Shown piece by piece: positions 38,131 to 45,284 of a DNA stretch of 64,000 bases. The notes beneath the pieces were generated by a model. The model searched no databases. It saw only the letters and a program-made list of their open reading frames with translations, and was not told the DNA's origin. The translations under genes were made by a program, and so were the position numbers. This DNA comes from an uncultured virus (IMG/VR IMGVR_UViG_3300037087_000281) (lineage: Duplodnaviria; Heunggongvirae; Uroviricota; Caudoviricetes): IMG/VR virus record IMGVR_UViG_3300037087_000281. One strand, written 5' to 3'. The stretch's first letter is position 1; each line of letters starts with the position of its first letter.

Positions 38131-38220
38131 CTAGGTCTTACGGGTGTTCTTCGCCCCGCAGTAGGGGCAGTTGCGGTAGCCGGTTACTTTCCGGCACTTG
38201 GTGCAGACTCTTATTGCCAT
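38131..38220 (-). CDS. 29-aa zinc-ribbon microprotein
   Basis: AAAGGAGAG SD; MAIRVCTKCRKVTGYRNCPYCGAKNTRKT*. Confidence 0.55.
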   Translation of the reverse strand: MAIRVCTKCRKVTGYRNCPYCGAKNTRKT

Positions 38221-38238
38221 TGACTCTCCTTTCTAATT

Positions 38239-38481
38239 TTAGGGTCTTGCAGTCTTCAGTGGGACGCCCTCGGCGAGGCATCCTTCCAGGTCCAGCGAGC
38301 GGGCGCTGTAGCTGAGGGCGTCCGGATGCCCGTCGGCCATCTTCTCGAACGCCACTTGGTTGTCCCGGCGGACGTAGAGGACCAGCTCGGCCTTGGTCCC
38401 GGTGTTGGCGACCACTTTCTCGCAAAGACCCACGGGGAGGATGGTGCCGGGCTTGCGCATCTGGACTTGGTAGCGGATCAT
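38239..38481 (-). CDS. Hypothetical protein
   Basis: AAGGAGAGCAAACC SD, ATG 38481. Confidence 0.6.
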   Translation of the reverse strand: MIRYQVQMRKPGTILPVGLCEKVVANTGTKAELVLYVRRDNQVAFEKMADGHPDALSYSARSLDLEGCLAEGVPLKTARP

Positions 38482-38504
38482 TGGTTTGCTCTCCTTTTTG
38501 ATTT

Positions 38505-38551
38505 CCACTCTGCGTTATGCGCGGGCTTGTGACCGCCGTTGGCCGCATTAC
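38505..38551 (-). ncRNA. Twister ribozyme B (core intact, P1 not evident)
   Basis: UAA-UGCG-GC-CAACG-GCGG-UCACAAGC-CCGC-GCAUAA-CGCA-GA-GUG. Confidence 0.8.
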
Positions 38552-38595
38552 AGTAGGACGAGCCGCTCGCCCGCCCTACGCATCACCTCCTGTGG

Positions 38596-39333
38596 TTAGT
38601 CGCTGAGTGTTACGGGTTGTCCCGTCTCGCGGTACCTGCGAATGATCTTGGCCTTGCTCTCCGGGGAGAGGCGCTCGAAGGCCTCCGTCATCTCCCAGTT
38701 GGTCTCCGTCGGCGTATGGCCTGCCTTGATGTCCTCCTGGATGCGCTTGAAATGCTCCGGCTCCCCGACGCTCATCAGCGAGAGGTCGAAGGTCCGCGTC
38801 TCATCCAACATGCGTACGGCGGGGGCGGGAGTGACGATGATGGATGATTGCCGCGCGGGGTCTTTAGCGTGAGCCAAGTCCTTCCAATGATCCGGATAGT
38901 TACATCCGCATTTGCATTTTTCTGGTAGAGATGCGGAGAACTTCTTGCTGGGCGGGTTGAACTTGATGGGAGCTGGAGGCTTGTTGCCATTGACGATGGG
39001 TGCGGGCGGTTTGCCGTTGGTCATGTCCCAGTAGATGCCGTTCGGGTCGACCTTTTTGCTCCGCGTGCTCGCGCTCCCGCTGTACCCGAAGGCGTGGTCC
39101 GCCTTGTCCGGCACCGGGGGGTTGTACTTCAGACTACCGACCGGAGGCTTGGGGAAGGCCTCGGCGGCCTCGGCCAGATGCGGGCGGATCGCGTCGAGGA
39201 GATCGGAGACCTCGACGGCGGCGTTGGAGCAGTTCTCCCATTCACCCTCGCGCGCAGCGGTGATCGCACAAGACAGGTGTGAGGCGATGATCTTGAGGCG
39301 ATGGGAAGCTTCGGATCGTGTTATCAATCCCAT
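38596..39333 (-). CDS. Hypothetical protein with short tandem NGKPPAPI repeat
   Basis: 245-aa ORF with GGAGG SD. Confidence 0.55.
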   Translation of the reverse strand: MGLITRSEASHRLKIIASHLSCAITAAREGEWENCSNAAVEVSDLLDAIRPHLAEAAEAFPKPPVGSLKYNPPVPDKADHAFGYSGSASTRSKKVDPNGIYWDMTNGKPPAPIVNGNKPPAPIKFNPPSKKFSASLPEKCKCGCNYPDHWKDLAHAKDPARQSSIIVTPAPAVRMLDETRTFDLSLMSVGEPEHFKRIQEDIKAGHTPTETNWEMTEAFERLSPESKAKIIRRYRETGQPVTLSD

Positions 39334-39627
39334 CTAACCCCTCCCGTGAATGCAGAGGCACTCGCTGCCCGAACTGCAAGCCGGGCAGGTGCACTGGTCA
39401 TCATCCCGATAGTGACGCTTGGAAGATGCGGGACGCGCCGAGGGCTTCACCGCGCAGATGAAAGTGGTCGCGTCGTGCCAGAGGACCCGCTCCACGATCT
39501 CGCTCTTTGTCTCTCCGCTCCGCTTGGAGACGATAACGGTCGTGCCGACGGCCACGCTGCTCGGTGAGTTGAATGTCACGCGGATGCCCCAGTCTCCGCT
39601 CTTCAGTTTGGTGTATGTTGCGGTCAT
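39334..39627 (-). CDS. Small protein with Cys-rich tail, paralog of 43403-43729
   Basis: ATYTKLKSGDWGIR...DDDQCTCPACSSGSECLCIHGRG. Confidence 0.7.
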   Translation of the reverse strand: MTATYTKLKSGDWGIRVTFNSPSSVAVGTTVIVSKRSGETKSEIVERVLWHDATTFICAVKPSARPASSKRHYRDDDQCTCPACSSGSECLCIHGRG

Positions 39628-39639
39628 AAGGTTTGCTCT

Positions 39640-39700
39640 CCTTTTCCATCCGCTTTCTGCCCTCCGGACTTTGGACCGGACGTACGGCGCGTTCAAAAGG
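39640..39700 (-). ncRNA. Twister-like ribozyme F (variant, 3-bp P2)
   Basis: CCUUUU-GAA-CGC-GC-CGUACG-UCCGG-UCCAAAGU-CCGGA-...-GCG-GA-UGG-AAAAGG. Confidence 0.7.
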
Positions 39701-39746
39701 AATATGGGGAACGGGAGGCTGACCCTGCCCGTCCCCTTGGTTCGGC

Positions 39747-40526
39747 TTACTCGTGGGCGACGTAGCGCCGCTCGCCAGCCTTGTTCTTGACGGCGTCGAT
39801 CTTCACGCCCTTCGCGCGGGAGTTGGACACGAAGCTCTGCGCGCTGGGGACCGTCCACCCGCCCGCGGCGGCGATCTCCTCGATAGTCGCGCCGGTCTTC
39901 CGCGACATCAGCGCGAGGGCGGCGGCTCCACCACCGGCCTTCTTCGCGGCCTTCGGGGCGGCTTTGGCGGTCTTCTTCGCGGGCGGGGCTGCCTTTTTTG
40001 CGGTAGGCGCGGGTTTGGCCGCCTTCTTTGCGGCGGTCTTCTTAGAGGCTCCGGCGGCGATCGGCGGAGCGGCGTTCACGGGGGTGTTAACTTCGGCGTT
40101 GGAATCCATTTTGATTTGTCCTTTTTCAGAAATTTTCAAGCACTGGTTGGAGCAGTACTCACCGCTCCTGCCTCTCCAGCAGAGGGTCACTTGCTTACCG
40201 CATCCGCGGCGGTCGCAGAACTTTCGGGCGATGCCCGAGGTTCCAAAATCTTCGGCGGTCACTTCCATCTTCGTCTCCTCGGCGAGGATTTCGCACGCGG
40301 CGTGGTACACGCGGCCGTCCCGCGTGCGCATCGCGCCGTCCAGCCTGACGAGGTGCTCGCAGACGCAGCACTCGCGTACGGAGCTCCCCTTCTTCCCGTC
40401 CTTCGCGTCGACGAAGTCGTTGATGCACTTCCGGGAGCAGAACTCGAGGTCGCTCTTGAAGAGCTTGTACGGAACCGCTCCGACGGCGTTCGGGCACCCC
40501 TGCATCGAGCAGGCCTTGTGGGTCAT
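39747..40526 (-). CDS. Zinc-finger + Lys/Ala histone-like + DUF3489-like wHTH protein
   Basis: AAGGAGG SD; FCSRKC, YCSNQC; KKAAK repeats; GATIEEIAAAGGW. Confidence 0.65.
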   Translation of the reverse strand: MTHKACSMQGCPNAVGAVPYKLFKSDLEFCSRKCINDFVDAKDGKKGSSVRECCVCEHLVRLDGAMRTRDGRVYHAACEILAEETKMEVTAEDFGTSGIARKFCDRRGCGKQVTLCWRGRSGEYCSNQCLKISEKGQIKMDSNAEVNTPVNAAPPIAAGASKKTAAKKAAKPAPTAKKAAPPAKKTAKAAPKAAKKAGGGAAALALMSRKTGATIEEIAAAGGWTVPSAQSFVSNSRAKGVKIDAVKNKAGERRYVAHE

Positions 40527-40535
40527 CGTCCTCCT

Positions 40536-40590
40536 TCCCCATCCGTCTTCTCTCACCCTCGGCTTTGGACGAGGCGTCGGTGCGTTAGGA
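40536..40590 (-). ncRNA. Twister-like element G (degenerate variant)
   Basis: UCC-UAA-CGC-AC-CGACG-CCUCG-UCCAAAGC-CGAGG-...-ACG-GA-UGG-GGA; mismatches in P2 and T2. Confidence 0.5.
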
Positions 40591-40620
40591 GAGAGGGGCC
40601 TTTCGGACCCCTCTCGATTC

Positions 40621-41616
40621 TCAGGCGGAGTACGTCTTCGCGCCACCTGCGTTGGAGGCGTTGATGACGATGCCTTTCTTGCGGGTGTTGGACACGAAGC
40701 TCTGGAGGGATCCGAGCGTCCAGCCGGTCGCGGCGAGCAGCGAGTTGACGGTCGCGCCGCCGGGTTGCCGCATCAGCGCGAGGGCGGCGGCTCCCTTGTC
40801 TCGCGGGAGCGCCCCGTTGGGGGCCACGCGGGCGGCGCGGTTCCCAGAGGCGCGCGAGGCCTTCGCTCCGGCGGCGGCCACCGGCTTGCCGACAGGCTTC
40901 ATGACTTTATCCGACCCGGCCGCCCACGCGTAGACCGCATTGAGCACGTTCGGGAGGGTCTCCATGAACTTGTTGCCGTCGAATGCCTGCTCACCGTTGA
41001 CGTCCGTCGCGATGGACACAAATCGTGCGACGGTGGTGGCCTCGGCCAAGATGGTCTTCAGCGGAGGTTCGCCGACCATCAGGTTGAGCTCCGTGCGAGG
41101 CACCAGGATTTCACCCTCCAGGAACTCACGGTCGGCGTTGAACGTCATCCGGAAGTTAACGCCGAAGCTTTTGAAAGCGTCGTTGAAGTTGGCGAGGACC
41201 CGTTGGACGTTGGTGACGTTTTGCCCGGGAGCAACCGCATCATCTACTTTCGGTAGGCTCTTGCCGCTCCAGATCTGCTCGTAGAGGCGGATGGCCTTCT
41301 CCAAGAACGTGGCCTTCTCCTGCGGATACGGGGTCGAGTCGCCGACGCCCTTGACCTTTACGGCCATGTCGTAGGACTTCTGCTGTGCGGGGTTGAGCGC
41401 CGCTTGGTAGAGCAGTGGGCTGGGGCCGTTGGCCGGGCAGATTGCCTCCGCGTACCACTCGTGCGCCAGCTTCAGGCTGGTTAGCCGGTCGACCGACATC
41501 CACTCGTATGCTGCCGTCAGGCCGGCAAGGTTCAGCGTGGGGACCGCCGCGACGATGGCCGCCGGGGGCGCATATCCGGCGTAGGTGCTTCGCCGTCCGT
41601 AGTTTCTTCGTGCCAT
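40621..41616 (-). CDS. Hypothetical protein with C-terminal DUF3489-like wHTH
   Basis: AALALMRQPGGATVNSLLAATGW; AAGGAGAGCAAACC SD. Confidence 0.65.
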   Translation of the reverse strand: MARRNYGRRSTYAGYAPPAAIVAAVPTLNLAGLTAAYEWMSVDRLTSLKLAHEWYAEAICPANGPSPLLYQAALNPAQQKSYDMAVKVKGVGDSTPYPQEKATFLEKAIRLYEQIWSGKSLPKVDDAVAPGQNVTNVQRVLANFNDAFKSFGVNFRMTFNADREFLEGEILVPRTELNLMVGEPPLKTILAEATTVARFVSIATDVNGEQAFDGNKFMETLPNVLNAVYAWAAGSDKVMKPVGKPVAAAGAKASRASGNRAARVAPNGALPRDKGAAALALMRQPGGATVNSLLAATGWTLGSLQSFVSNTRKKGIVINASNAGGAKTYSA

Positions 41617-41634
41617 GGGTTTGCTCTCCTTTGT

Positions 41635-41696
41635 GCGAGGGGCTTGAGACCTCGCTTGCCGCATTACGGCACGTCTCTCGACGTTCCGCTCTCTGC
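41635..41696 (-). ncRNA. Twister ribozyme C (circularly permuted, P5-type)
   Basis: GCA-GA-GAG-CGG[hairpin]CCG-UAA-UGC-G-GC-AA-GCGAGG-UCUCAAGCC-CCUCGC. Confidence 0.8.
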
Positions 41697-42673
41697 TAGA
41701 CCGATGCCGGGGGAAGGCACAATCTGTGCACTGCCTCGACGAACTTCGTCTCGAACGCGGCTTCCGTGTTAACCACAACGCACTCCCCGCCGAGCGCCGC
41801 GCAAGCCGCCTTCAACGCGTCGTTGGGGTTCTCGTCGCCGATGTGGATGTAGTCGAGGATGATGCCGGACTGCTTGAGCACCGGCACCCATTCGGGGAGG
41901 ACGTTCGTGCCGCTGTCACCGCCGTCAGAGACGACAATAAAGTGATGAAGGCCAACCGAACTGGGGTGCTTGCGGCAGCACTCGACGCCTGCACGGATAG
42001 ACGCCATGATGTCTGTCCCGCCGGAGTTGACGCTGTCCATGCCGACCTGGATTCGGTCAACCACTGCGCGGACCTCGTCCGCCGTGCCCGAGTCGAAGAC
42101 AACCTTTGCGCCAGCCCCGAAGGCGATCACCGCAAGGGAAGACTGTGGGAACTTGGCGAAGCGTGCTTCGATCTCCTGCTTGGCGAGCTTGGCGACCAGC
42201 TCGATGCGGGAGGGCGGCTGCATGTGCGGCTTGCTCCAGTCGATCGCGACGTGGAAGCTGCCGATCAGGTCGTGCTGGATGACGCGGGTCTTGATCTCCT
42301 CGTCTGTGACCGTGAAGGTTGGCGGCATGCCGGGAACCAAGGGGTCGATCATCTTGATGATTTCCTGCTGTTCCCACCCGAGGTCTTGGCCGCTCATCAC
42401 TACCGCGATGGCGTCGGCGACTTTCGCGCGGATGCTTGCCAGCCTCTCGGGCGTCCAGAGGTACTGGTCGGCGAAGCCCTTCTTGTTCTTGTCGGCGGCG
42501 ATCCGCTCGCTCATGCTGCCGGACACGTCGAAGCAGAAGACCAGCTTGGCGAACTCAGAATAAACATCTCCAAGCTTGCGAAGGACCGAGTTGCCGTTGG
42601 TTTGTAGGGATTCAGTTTTTCGAAGAACGATATCATTCGTCCCTTTGAAGATCATGCTGTTGTCAAGTTTCAT
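41696..42673 (-). CDS. von Willebrand factor A domain protein
   Basis: FCFDVSGSM (MIDAS), GGTDI, IVVSDG. Confidence 0.85.
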   Translation of the reverse strand: MKLDNSMIFKGTNDIVLRKTESLQTNGNSVLRKLGDVYSEFAKLVFCFDVSGSMSERIAADKNKKGFADQYLWTPERLASIRAKVADAIAVVMSGQDLGWEQQEIIKMIDPLVPGMPPTFTVTDEEIKTRVIQHDLIGSFHVAIDWSKPHMQPPSRIELVAKLAKQEIEARFAKFPQSSLAVIAFGAGAKVVFDSGTADEVRAVVDRIQVGMDSVNSGGTDIMASIRAGVECCRKHPSSVGLHHFIVVSDGGDSGTNVLPEWVPVLKQSGIILDYIHIGDENPNDALKAACAALGGECVVVNTEAAFETKFVEAVHRLCLPPASV

Positions 42674-43308
42674 TTTGCTCTCCTTTTTCCAACCAGTCGG
42701 CATCGCTTTGCTTGAGCAGCGCGCCGCTCTGGAGTCCATCTTAATTTGCTGTTCTTGATTCGATTCTCTCTGACTTCTGGGTCTTTCCAACTTTCGCTGG
42801 TAGTCTTAGCCAACTTCTTTTTGGTTGCTTTGGAAAGCTGATGCCCAGGCTGAAACGTTCCGGCATTAGGCCCGTGCCGTAAAACTCCTTCTCGTATCTT
42901 TTGCTTCTGGGCTTCTGGAAGCGGCTTTCCTTTTCGCTTGGCGGCGGAGATCATTCCTGCGCGCCGCATCGACGCTTGACGCTCTCGGAGGATTTTTCCT
43001 TTGAGTCTCTTCCCCCGGCGTTCGGCGCTCCACTTCTGTTTTTGCGCTTTGCTGTGGTAGTGCTTGCCGATATGATGGATGCGACTGTGCTCGCTCTTTG
43101 TCATCAGTTGAAGATTGCTGATCCGGTTGTTCATGATGTTTTCATCTATGTGGTGAACCACCTCGTCCTTTCGGAGGAGGCGTTTGATGCGGTTTATCAT
43201 CTTCAACCGGTGCTGCGCGATCTTGGTTCCGTCCGGGAGGAGAGGGTGGCCATAAACTTTGACCATCAAATAACCTTCGCCTTCATATCCAGCCCGCTTC
43301 GTCTTCAT
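42670..43308 (-). CDS. HNH homing endonuclease with NUMOD3-like tail
   Basis: QHRL...EVVHHIDENIMNNRISNLQLMTKSEH; own GCTATAAT and AGGAGG upstream. Confidence 0.88.
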   Translation of the reverse strand: MKTKRAGYEGEGYLMVKVYGHPLLPDGTKIAQHRLKMINRIKRLLRKDEVVHHIDENIMNNRISNLQLMTKSEHSRIHHIGKHYHSKAQKQKWSAERRGKRLKGKILRERQASMRRAGMISAAKRKGKPLPEAQKQKIREGVLRHGPNAGTFQPGHQLSKATKKKLAKTTSESWKDPEVRENRIKNSKLRWTPERRAAQAKRCRLVGKRRAK

Positions 43309-43344
43309 ATACGCCTCCTAGCTTTATTATAGCCCGGAGAATGC

Positions 43345-43399
43345 GGACGGGCTTGGAACCGTCCAGCCGCATTACAGGGCCGAAGCCTTGTCCTCTGCG
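43345..43399 (-). ncRNA. Twister ribozyme D (circularly permuted, P5-type)
   Basis: CGCA-GA-GGA-CAAGGC(UUCG)GCCCUG-UAA-UGCG-GC-U-GGACGG-UUCCAAGC-CCGUCC. Confidence 0.88.
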
Positions 43400-43402
43400 C
43401 CG

Positions 43403-43729
43403 TCAGCCGCGCCCGTAGATGCAGAGGCACTCGCTGCCGGAGCTGCACTGCGGGCACGTGCATTGGTCATCATCGTTGCGGTATCGGCGACGCCCCGAGT
43501 AAGAGAATGCTGATGCCGTCCGCGCGATGGAGCAGAGACTGACGGTCTGCCCGCTCTTGCTGTCGGTTCCGGTCCAGAGGACCTTGCTGATGGTTTCTGT
43601 CTTGGATGTTCCATCCCGCTTCGTGACTGTGACGGAAGCTCCCGCCGAAAGTTTGCCGGCCGCTCGAATGCCCCACGATCCGTCGCGGAGCTGAGTATAC
43701 GTTGCTTTCGCTGTTGTTGCTGTACTCAT
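43403..43729 (-). CDS. Small protein with Cys-rich tail, first gene of early operon
   Basis: ATYTQLRDGSWGIR...DDDQCTCPQCSSGSECLCIYGRG; AAGGAGAGCAAAC SD. Confidence 0.7.
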   Translation of the reverse strand: MSTATTAKATYTQLRDGSWGIRAAGKLSAGASVTVTKRDGTSKTETISKVLWTGTDSKSGQTVSLCSIARTASAFSYSGRRRYRNDDDQCTCPQCSSGSECLCIYGRG

Positions 43730-43750
43730 ACGTTTGCTCTCCTTGAAAAT

Positions 43751-43815
43751 CTGTCCCGCCCGTTTTCTTCCCCCGCAACTACGGATGCGGCGTCGGCACG
43801 TTCGACGGGCGACAG
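43751..43815 (-). ncRNA. Twister-like element H (variant)
   Basis: GAA-CGU-GC-CGACG-CCGCA-UCCGUAGU-UGCGG-...-ACG-GG-CGG within CUGUC/GACAG stem. Confidence 0.5.
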
Positions 43816-44299
43816 CGGCGATTAGCGGCTGCGCCCTGATTTCGTTTGGTGTTGTTTCGATTTGTTTTTTGCGTCATCGGGCCGTGGGATCCCCGTTTCA
43901 ATCTCGGGTGGCCTTCGCCGTTCTTGTGGATAACCTAATCACCTTACGTAACGCCATGCCAAGCTCTATGCCATTCGACTCGTGCGTTGACGAGTGCCGG
44001 TTGAGAATCTCCAATCCGTGGTGGATAAAGCTGGAGTCTTACGTTGGCGGCGCATTGCCGCCCCGGCGTGGACCGTGGGTTCCTGTGATGACGGGGGTTT
44101 AGGTTTACCGTGGGAACTATTCAGATTTCAAAAATCTCTTGGAGACGCTTGAGGCCGGCGTTGGTGACGTGAAGATCTGTAGCGAACATCGTCTCGACGT
44201 TCCTGCTTCACCTGCCACCGGGTGTTCCACCCGAGGTTTCAAGCCGCTTGCTATCGCCGCTTTCCGCCCGCCGGTCTTTTTGATTACTCCGTGCTGCCT

Positions 44300-44370
44300 T
44301 ACTTCTTTAATATATACTCGTTTTTGTGGAAAGTACACAAGTTTTTTGAATTATTTTCAGATTATTTTCC
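44300..44370 (-). promoter_or_regulatory. Probable strong sigma70-type early promoter with AT-rich UP region
   Basis: AAAATAATCTGAAAATAATTCAAAAAACTTGTGTACTTTCCACAAAAACGAGTATATATT in a GC-rich genome, upstream of the small-gene operon. Confidence 0.6.
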
Positions 44371-44609
44371 GGGAGACCAAAGGCCGGAGGGCGGCGCGGA
44401 AACCGCGTATATATAGATGGCGCGGCGCGAGTCATGCGGACCTCCAGGAGGCGTCTCCGAGGGAATCCCATAGGAAACGGTTAGGCGCGCCGCCGCGATC
44501 CATCCTGGGGCTCCGCAGGAGGCCGGGTGAACCGTTCCGTCAAGTTCTGACTCCGAGATCGTTGATTTTTAACAAGTTCTCGATCCATGTGAAAACTCAA
44601 ACCTTTGGT

Positions 44610-45110
44610 TTAAGTCCGTTGAGAGAATCGGCGGCCCCACTCCGCTATCAGGAGCGCTTCTGCCCTGTTATGATCTCGTTTTCGGTCCAGATCCGCGCAG
44701 GATGGGAACAGCTGGAGCGCCCGGACGATGGAGGCGTTCTTGTCGGCCCCAGCAGGAATGAGCAAGTCCTTCTTCCACCGCGCGGGCTCGACTCGCGTAA
44801 CCGGGACGCGGAGCACGGCGAGGATGCCAAGCCAGAGACCCAGGCCCATGCCCTGAGAAAACCCGCCGACGCTCCCGGTGCGGGGCATCGCGTGAAGGTT
44901 CTCGATGGTGACTTGGACATCACCTCCGGCGGACTTGACGATCGCTTCTATTAGCGTCGCCATCGGCCCGTCGCAGTAGGCGGTGCGGCTTTTCTTGCCA
45001 GTCTTGACGACGACTGTGGGGATGTCTTGGAGGGAGACGATCCGACCTTTCGTATCGAGAGCGGCGACAGCCCCGGTGCAGCCACAGTCGATCCCAATGT
45101 GCAATTTCAC
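44610..45110 (-). CDS. RuvC-like Holliday junction resolvase
   Basis: IGIDCGCTGAVA...TIEN...PARWKK...NRAEALLIA. Confidence 0.85.
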   Translation of the reverse strand: MKLHIGIDCGCTGAVAALDTKGRIVSLQDIPTVVVKTGKKSRTAYCDGPMATLIEAIVKSAGGDVQVTIENLHAMPRTGSVGGFSQGMGLGLWLGILAVLRVPVTRVEPARWKKDLLIPAGADKNASIVRALQLFPSCADLDRKRDHNRAEALLIAEWGRRFSQRT

Positions 45111-45284
45111 TTGCCAGTCTCCTTGTGCGCGGCCACATCTGCGGCATCATTTGAGTTGGCCTGCACAAATCCCATCACTCCCAATACGAGTGCGATTGGT
45201 AGTGCCGGGAATAGCACGTCTCGGCCAAATCCATCCATCAGCACAACTCCAGCGGCGATCCCACAAACTAGTGGGTAGTAGTGC

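Noticed and set aside
38239..38270. CTGAAGA hammerhead-like core
   Set aside because: Inside a coding region and lacks stems II/III with GAAA
39753..41256. Long plus-strand ORFs (491 and 303 aa) and similar antisense ORFs at 17415-18383, 2466-3170 and 62460-63659
   Set aside because: Shadow frames of GC-rich genes on the opposite strand; no SD or recognisable motifs
37500..43900. CRISPR array or attC-like cassette repeats
   Set aside because: Repeats are not identical or evenly spaced, no cas or integrase gene is present, and conservation follows the twister fold
44555..44580. IHF-like site AATCAACGATCTC
   Set aside because: Single imperfect match with no supporting att site or integrase in the window
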